This document shows, piece by piece, positions 16,341-22,142 of a stretch of DNA of 22,142 nucleotides. This DNA is from Promethearchaeati archaeon (GTDB lineage: Archaea > Asgardarchaeota > Heimdallarchaeia > Heimdallarchaeales > Heimdallarchaeaceae). Location: contig JABLTJ010000043.1 in the NCBI GenBank assembly GCA_013166775.1, positions 1 through 22,142 on the forward strand, in the 5' to 3' direction. The notes under the pieces were generated by a model. The model was not told where the DNA came from and ran no database searches. It saw only the letters and a program-made list of their open reading frames with translations. Position 1 is the stretch's first letter, and the number at the start of each line of letters is the position of its first letter. Both the position numbers and the translations under genes were made by a program.

Positions 16341-18196
16341 TGGTCAATAAGGTAAAATCATTCGTAATTATCTTACTCTTAGCAGCGAGTTCATTTAATC
16401 TCATAGTTACAATCTCAACGAATTATGTTTATGGAGGAAGTTCAAGTTCAGGAGATATTCCTCCTCCAGGAGGTAATGGAGATGATACAAGTGGTGGAAG
16501 TTCTGCGGGAGGATTGTATCTTAATTATCGAATTCCTTTGATTTTTATAGATGGACCATATGGACCAACACTCATCTCAATAACTACAGTTCAAAATAAT
16601 ACTTACATTATATTCGATTTTGAATCCATTCTATTTCCAGATAATTCAACATATTTGAATGTTGGAGAGACTTTAATCTTAGATCCAACAATAGAAATTA
16701 ATCTTAAGAATGGCTCTCTAATTCAAGCTTTTACTCCACTTCAGATTGATGTTTATAACCAACCTTCTGAATCAAGTAATGATGTCACTTATTCATATTC
16801 AGTTTTAGTTATGTCAATGTGGGGAAAAACTCATCAAGCGCCTTTTGATAATCTCAGAGCAATAATAGTTGCTGGCTTCAATCAAACTGAAATCGACATT
16901 TATACTCCAGGTGAGGAAACCCAATATTTAGAGATTAATGAAGTTGGCAATACTATAGTTGTAGAGCTGAAAAAAGGATCTATTATTGAAGCTAATGGTC
17001 CTATAGGAGTAGTATTCTTTTCACTTTCGTTAGAAGGATCATTTGCATTCACAGGTATTCCGGAATATCTTTGGGGAACAGAATATTTTGTTCATCCAAC
17101 ACCTTCGACCAGCGGAATATCATTTCTCGAAGATTATACTGAAATTGTTCTCTCAACAATCAATTTAGGAGAGAATATTCATGCAGATACTGATTTTGAT
17201 AATAGTTTTCTGGTGAATTTACCAAACAATGGAACTGTTGAATTACCAACTCATCTTCTACAAGCGGAAGAGGATTTTGATCACATTTACAGTTTATACA
17301 CAGAATTTTCCCTAAATATCATGTTTAATTATACAATAAATAGTACTCAGCACAAAGCAGCTATTTCATACATTGCTTTAGACAAGATGAGATGGGCAGA
17401 ATTATTTTTAACAACAACAGATTATCAGAACCAGAAACTTGAAAGCGTAGTTTATGAAAATAACGCACACATCCTACCGCTTCTGATATATGATCTTCAA
17501 ATATATGTAGATCTAGGAAATTATACAATTAAAAACAAAGGGGAATTCTTCGATTATTATGCGAATACATCATACGGTTTTCTTGGGAATGGTTCGTACT
17601 TTAGTTATCTTACAACTTCTCCTCCAGAACAGGGAATATGGAACAGTTCAGTAAATATTCTTTATCCCTTAAATTTGTATTCATATTTTGATAATACTTC
17701 TACAATTTTCCCATCATGGTACAGGTTTCCTAATATCAACGTAAAGGAAATCATCGTTAGTCCAACACAACCAACTGAATTAAGGAGATTACAATTGGAT
17801 ATAATTGTTCAGAATAATGGATCAATACCTTCAGCTCCTTTTTGGGTTGCAGTAACTGTTAATGATACAATTAAAATACACAAGAAATTAGAAGGATTAG
17901 ATATAAATGAGACTCTACCTGTAGTTTATGAAGAGTTTCAAGGATTTGGAAAAAAAATTCTTAATATATCTGTATTTACGGATTCATTAAGCCAGATTTT
18001 TGAACTGTACGAATTTGATAATTCTTACGAATTTTTCGTAGAAATTACCCGTAATTGGAATATAATATATATTTCAGTTGCAATAGGTGTAATGATAATA
18101 GGATTTGTAATTTATAGTATTTCCAGGAGAATAATTAAGAAGAGAAAGAAAAGCAAAACGCAATTTGATGTCATACTCAGTGATATAGAGGTTTAA
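16340..18196 (+). CDS. Membrane-anchored surface protein with IgGFc-binding-N-terminal-like repeats and a CARDB-like domain
   Basis: Signal peptide and Gly/Ser/Pro linker. 'MSMWGKTHQ', 'IEANGPIGV' and 'IPEYLWGTEYFV' resemble IgGFc_binding motifs. 'VQNNGSIPSAPFWVAVTVND...DSLSQIFELYEFDN' is CARDB-like. C-terminal TM with a basic tail; about 16 N-x-S/T sequons; TAATG overlap with DUF58. Confidence 0.8.
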   Translation: MVNKVKSFVIILLLAASSFNLIVTISTNYVYGGSSSSGDIPPPGGNGDDTSGGSSAGGLYLNYRIPLIFIDGPYGPTLISITTVQNNTYIIFDFESILFPDNSTYLNVGETLILDPTIEINLKNGSLIQAFTPLQIDVYNQPSESSNDVTYSYSVLVMSMWGKTHQAPFDNLRAIIVAGFNQTEIDIYTPGEETQYLEINEVGNTIVVELKKGSIIEANGPIGVVFFSLSLEGSFAFTGIPEYLWGTEYFVHPTPSTSGISFLEDYTEIVLSTINLGENIHADTDFDNSFLVNLPNNGTVELPTHLLQAEEDFDHIYSLYTEFSLNIMFNYTINSTQHKAAISYIALDKMRWAELFLTTTDYQNQKLESVVYENNAHILPLLIYDLQIYVDLGNYTIKNKGEFFDYYANTSYGFLGNGSYFSYLTTSPPEQGIWNSSVNILYPLNLYSYFDNTSTIFPSWYRFPNINVKEIIVSPTQPTELRRLQLDIIVQNNGSIPSAPFWVAVTVNDTIKIHKKLEGLDINETLPVVYEEFQGFGKKILNISVFTDSLSQIFELYEFDNSYEFFVEITRNWNIIYISVAIGVMIIGFVIYSISRRIIKKRKKSKTQFDVILSDIEV

Positions 18197-18199
18197 AGA

Positions 18200-20422
18200 A
18201 TGTCTCAATCAAAAGAAGATTCAATAATCAAAATAACTAATGGAGAGGAAGAATACACTCCTTTTAGTGTAATCTTAGGTAGAGATTTAATCTTCATGGA
18301 TTGGACAGTTCAATTTGGAGGGCAATTATTAGGAATAATTGTTGGAGGGTTGCTAGGATTTCTATTTGGTGTAAATGTGTTTAAATCATTATTCAGTTCG
18401 ACTGAAGCAATGCCTGCAAAAGCTTACATAGTTTTCCAAATTGGCATTGGTTTGGCAGTATTAGGGTTATCGTTGTTCTTTATCTACCGAATGGGAGTAA
18501 AAATCAATGCGCCAAGAAAGATTTCTGGTAACAAAATAAATGTAATCAAGATAGCATTTTTTGGTCTTTCTTTTATTTTTGGAATGTCTTATCTATATAA
18601 TAATCATCTTTCCCCTGCAGTGAATAGAATAGCAGGAATTCAAACACCAATAGACAATGGAGGAACTAATGGTGAAAATGGAGGAACTGATGAAGCAGGA
18701 ACTGTTGATTTTCGAACCACTAATGAATATATAATTCTTCTAATGATCATCTTTTTGTCTGCTGCCATTTTTGCTTTGCTTTATGCAGGCATAATTTATT
18801 CAGTCAATAATAAAGTTAAAACTATGCCAGGAGTAGCTATAGGTTCCGCTACTATCTTGTTAATGTTTTATCTCTTATCACAGTTTTCCTTTGGTCAATA
18901 TTTACTAGGAGCCTTTCAAGATGGGAATTATTCTTTGATACTAGTTTTTCTTACAGATTTGTTTTATTATTTAATGGTTTCATTAGTCACGATTTTGGTT
19001 TACCATACTAGCAGAAGAATCGAATTATCTATTCTAGTTCTTTTCTTTGGTTTCATGTTTGGTTTTGGAGAATCTTACAATATTGTTATTCAGATTATAA
19101 CTTTAAAATGGGGATTTCCCAATCTTTCAGATAATATTACAACAAATTCTGATATTGTAGCTCGAACTCTACAAGGTTTAGAATTTGCAGGATTGTTTGG
19201 AATGATAATTTATCCTATTCTCTTCTATAAAGATACAGTGAAATTTGCTAAAGGATTTTGGAGAACAGCAAAAAAACAAGGATTAGCATTATTGCTCTTC
19301 ACATTAGTGGTATTTATTATTGAACTATTAGTTCAGTGGGTAAGTCAGCTCTTAGGTATCTTCTTATTCTTGATAATTTTTATCGTACTTATTGGATTGA
19401 TAAATAAAATCATTTCATCACGTTATGGAAAACAAAGCTATACTGCACTCTTGACTGCAATGACTCAAGCAACATTACAGATGAGTGAAGCTATTATTCC
19501 AGGAGTAGATAAACAAATTAGATTTTTACAGGAGAATCAAAAACGAAAACAAAGACTACTGATAGCTCTTGGAACTTGGATTCCTTTAATTATTTATTTC
19601 TTGGTAATGTATATAACAACTGCAATCACAGCTCAAACTACTACAGGAACGATAGTCTTTCTAGTTACTGCTCTTCCTTTATCAATTGGTTTTATATCAT
19701 TTGCAGTTTCTTTCTATTGGGTAAAAGATCCACTAATAAAAAATCATTTCAATTATCCAATAAAAGCTGTAGGCTTTATTGGGGGGATAGTATATTTCTT
19801 CTATTCATTTTATGGTTTGGTTTATAATGAATCCGGATATTATCCTCTAATTGCCATACTCTTTACACCACTAATTGTATTGCCTTTAATCACAAAAAGA
19901 AAAATGGGGACGCTCCTTCTTACAATTTCAGGAGAGAACAAACCCAAAGCTTTAAGGGAATTTATACAAAGAAAGGATTTGGATTTTAAGAAGTTGGAAG
20001 ATAATTTCTACCAATCGCCTGCATTGCTCAGGATATGGCTTACGCTCATACTAACAAAAAGAGGAGAGAAGGTAACAACTGTTCAGAATTTAATGTCTAT
20101 GCTTACTAGTGGATTTCCTTTAGAGAGAGCTACTGGAGCACTCTGCTTACTTTATTTGAATAATGAAGAAACTATGGAAAGAATAGTTAGAATTCTGGAA
20201 AATGATAATGATCCTAGAGTAAGGGATGCAATTGCTTATGGAGTAAGATTCTATCAGGATATCACTGAAGAAACTTACAAACGGATAATTGATTCGCAAC
20301 ATTATGAAGATGATGCTAAGGTTCTGGAAACCTTAAAACAAACAATTTCAATTCTGGATTTAAGATTTTCTGGATCAGAAGAAGAAGTTGGGGAAGAAGA
20401 GGTTGGTTTGGAAGAAATCTAA
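18200..20422 (+). CDS. Polytopic membrane protein with C-terminal HEAT repeats
   Basis: 740 aa with about 14 hydrophobic segments; C-terminal HEAT-like units 'PLERATGALCL', 'DNDPRVRDAIAYG' and 'EDDAKVLETL'; acidic end. Confidence 0.82.
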   Translation: MSQSKEDSIIKITNGEEEYTPFSVILGRDLIFMDWTVQFGGQLLGIIVGGLLGFLFGVNVFKSLFSSTEAMPAKAYIVFQIGIGLAVLGLSLFFIYRMGVKINAPRKISGNKINVIKIAFFGLSFIFGMSYLYNNHLSPAVNRIAGIQTPIDNGGTNGENGGTDEAGTVDFRTTNEYIILLMIIFLSAAIFALLYAGIIYSVNNKVKTMPGVAIGSATILLMFYLLSQFSFGQYLLGAFQDGNYSLILVFLTDLFYYLMVSLVTILVYHTSRRIELSILVLFFGFMFGFGESYNIVIQIITLKWGFPNLSDNITTNSDIVARTLQGLEFAGLFGMIIYPILFYKDTVKFAKGFWRTAKKQGLALLLFTLVVFIIELLVQWVSQLLGIFLFLIIFIVLIGLINKIISSRYGKQSYTALLTAMTQATLQMSEAIIPGVDKQIRFLQENQKRKQRLLIALGTWIPLIIYFLVMYITTAITAQTTTGTIVFLVTALPLSIGFISFAVSFYWVKDPLIKNHFNYPIKAVGFIGGIVYFFYSFYGLVYNESGYYPLIAILFTPLIVLPLITKRKMGTLLLTISGENKPKALREFIQRKDLDFKKLEDNFYQSPALLRIWLTLILTKRGEKVTTVQNLMSMLTSGFPLERATGALCLLYLNNEETMERIVRILENDNDPRVRDAIAYGVRFYQDITEETYKRIIDSQHYEDDAKVLETLKQTISILDLRFSGSEEEVGEEEVGLEEI

Positions 20423-20448
20423 CTCTTACAAATGTGTCTTTGATTTAA

Positions 20449-21132
20449 TCATTTGAGTATTATTCTGGCATCTACAGGAAAGATCCCTTCTTCATTCGCA
20501 ATTATGGGATTAATATCCATTTCAGCTATATATTTTCGATGTTCCCAAGCTAGATTTGAAATTTTTACAATAAATTCTGCTAATTCATCCTTGTTAACTA
20601 TAGGAAATCCTCTATATCCGTCTAGAAGAACCTTAGCTTTTATCTCACCTATGGCAGACAGAGCTTGTTCTTTAGTTGTCGGACACATTCTAAAAACTAC
20701 ATCTTTCAAAGCTTCTACTAACACTCCACCAACTCCAAAGAGTATAACAGGACCGAAGGTAGAATCTATGTTTGTTCCTATTATCAATTCTAAACCGCTT
20801 TGGACCATTTTTTCTACCAATATACCATGAATATCTACATTATCGAATTTTTTCATAAAATCTAGGAATGTTTTTTCTACATCTTGTTTATCTTTCAAAC
20901 CGATAACTACTGCTCCGAAATCTGTTTTGTGTAGTACTTGAGGAGACATTAATTTCATTACAACAGGAAAACCAATTTCATTTCCTGCATGAATGGCTTC
21001 ATCCAATGTTTTAACTATCCTTAATGGGGGTATTTCGACACCTATACTTTTCAAAATCTGTTTAGCTTCATGTTCCAACAAAGCAGTTCTATTTTCTTTT
21101 TTCACGTTTTCAAAAACACTTACTATATCCAT
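20449..21132 (-). CDS. acdB: ADP-forming acetate/acyl-CoA synthetase beta subunit (ATP-grasp)
   Basis: LLEHEAKQIL, IGFPVVMKLMSPQVLHKTDFGAV (conserved His), ELIIG...DSTFGPVILFGVGGVLVE...KDV and EMDINPI...VDARI. Confidence 0.93.
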   Translation of the reverse strand: MDIVSVFENVKKENRTALLEHEAKQILKSIGVEIPPLRIVKTLDEAIHAGNEIGFPVVMKLMSPQVLHKTDFGAVVIGLKDKQDVEKTFLDFMKKFDNVDIHGILVEKMVQSGLELIIGTNIDSTFGPVILFGVGGVLVEALKDVVFRMCPTTKEQALSAIGEIKAKVLLDGYRGFPIVNKDELAEFIVKISNLAWEHRKYIAEMDINPIIANEEGIFPVDARIILK

Positions 21133-21598
21133 GACTATAAACTCCGATATTTCAAGTAATAATTTTAGTTCTCTTCACAAAGTTGGAATATTTAACCTTA
21201 AAAACACTTTGCAATTATACAACTTCTCCGAGTTTAAATAGCAAACTGTGGATTATTTTAATGAGACTTAGGTTTCTTACTGAGTTAAGCCATTGACTTA
21301 AGTAAAAGGAAACTTGCTGAAAGATCTAGAAGACAGAAAGAATTGGATAAACGGAAATCAATGGTTCAAAACAAGGTTTAGTTATAGATCTTCGCTAAAC
21401 AATAGAACTTGTTTGTTTCTTTACCTCCTGAAATGAACATGAATTCTGTTAGAATGGATCTTTCAGCACTTTCTTCATTATAATTTAAGAGTAACTTTGA
21501 TATCAAATTTGGGATAGAATGATAGGAGAAGCAATACCCCATTAAAAAACAAAAGTTAAGTTAGAATTGAAAACTATCTTAAATCTAGACTAAAGAAA

Positions 21599-21871
21599 CT
21601 ATTCAATTCCTTCATTCAGAAATAGATTTATCATCTGTTTAAACATTTTTCCATGATTGGGATAACGGAAATGCAGGAGTTCATGAACAATTGATTTATC
21701 CTGAAAGTTTCTATCCTTTTCTAAAATTTCTGGATCAAAGGTTAATCTCCCTCTAGTTGAACAAGATGCCCACTTTCTTTTCATGTGTCTAAAATGGATT
21801 TCTTTGTAATTAACACCTATTTTGGTGCTCCATTTTTCAACTCTTTCAATGAATTCTTCTTTAGTAGTCAT
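21599..21871 (-). CDS. Short M48/YgjP (DUF45, SprT-like) zinc metalloprotein
   Basis: MKRKWASCS, IVHELLH (HExxH) and NHGKMF; 1 nt downstream of the hsdR-like stop. Confidence 0.88.
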   Translation of the reverse strand: MTTKEEFIERVEKWSTKIGVNYKEIHFRHMKRKWASCSTRGRLTFDPEILEKDRNFQDKSIVHELLHFRYPNHGKMFKQMINLFLNEGIE

Positions 21872-21872
21872 C

Positions 21873-22142
21873 TTATTCCTCTTTTAATACTTTCATGATT
21901 TGTTTAACTACATCCATCATTTTATCTTTACTATCAATTAATGTCTTGTAAAGTGCTTTCCTCATCTCAGCTTCATGTTGTTTACTCGTTTTCCAATGTT
22001 TATAGACATCCATAACTTTACTTACTTCCACAGCTTTATCTTCAGGTTTTTCTATTCCATTCTGTTTCATAATCCAATAGATAGTAAAAGCTTCTTTGGG
22101 AATACCTTTGCTTTCTTCATCAGTTCTTGCTTCATTCATTTC
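21873..22142 (-). CDS. hsdR: C-terminal end of probable type I restriction enzyme R subunit (5'-truncated by the window)
   Basis: The frame is open to the window edge (GAA before ATG 22139). 'EAFTIYWIM...YKHWKTSKQHEAEMRKALYKTL' resembles HsdR C-termini, and an hsdR followed by an M48/YgjP gene is a common arrangement. No helicase motifs are visible in the window. Confidence 0.65.
   Translation of the reverse strand, partial: EMNEARTDEESKGIPKEAFTIYWIMKQNGIEKPEDKAVEVSKVMDVYKHWKTSKQHEAEMRKALYKTLIDSKDKMMDVVKQIMKVLKEE

Noticed and set aside
4720-21241. Short alternative-frame ORFs in the track (4720-5022, 5447-5632, 5960-6193, 7232-7636, 8428-8697, 8591-8884, 8847-9119, 10029-10220, 10545-10745, 10600-10797, 11470-11673, 11922-12158, 12765-13004, 14083-14331, 14341-14529, 15053-15265, 19576-19827, 20453-20830, 20993-21241)
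   Set aside because: They overlap well-supported longer genes, antisense or out of frame, and carry no recognisable motifs; they are shadow ORFs.
21271-21314. Imperfect hairpin considered as a SECIS element or ncRNA
   Set aside because: No in-frame TGA-interrupted selenoprotein candidate was noticed nearby and the pairing has several bulges; it is kept only as a note in the island-edge finding.
21378-21542. 54-aa minus-strand ORF (MGYCFSYHSIPNLISKLLLNYNEESAERS...)
   Set aside because: No motif and no clear RBS; it starts right after a T-rich tract that more likely terminates the M48 gene.
21873-22139. Treating the 88-aa ORF as a complete small protein
   Set aside because: The frame stays open to the window edge and the sequence resembles the C-terminus of a much larger protein.

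Overview
AT-rich, gene-dense, archaeal-type DNA. The archaeal call rests on TATA-like boxes about 25-35 nt before starts, an oligo-T terminator, a PAC2-family protein, a stand-alone ADP-forming acyl-CoA synthetase beta subunit and a double-wHTH regulator. An Asgard (Heimdallarchaeia-like) origin is my inference from protein style and is not proven. From left to right: (1) a radical SAM enzyme with an N-terminal PqqD/RRE-like domain, truncated by the window edge and missing from the ORF track. It is translationally coupled (TAATG) to a DUF2207-like membrane protein ending in GGG-(CA)6-GGGR. This pair is the best candidate for an undescribed system, a RiPP-style modification of a membrane-protein tail. 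(2) Hypothetical proteins, including a HEAT-repeat protein ending in a HbYX-type motif (LYF). (3) An orphan 2-oxoacid:ferredoxin oxidoreductase gamma-delta fusion, a PAC2-family protein with an acidic tail, an MFS transporter and two putative regulators. (4) A tightly coupled 7-gene, 10.5 kb operon of MoxR AAA+ and DUF58 with five uncharacterised membrane or surface proteins. (5) An orphan acyl-CoA synthetase beta subunit, then a short M48/YgjP-like gene and the probable 3' end of a type I restriction hsdR gene at the right edge. No rRNA, tRNA, CRISPR array or transposase was recognised.
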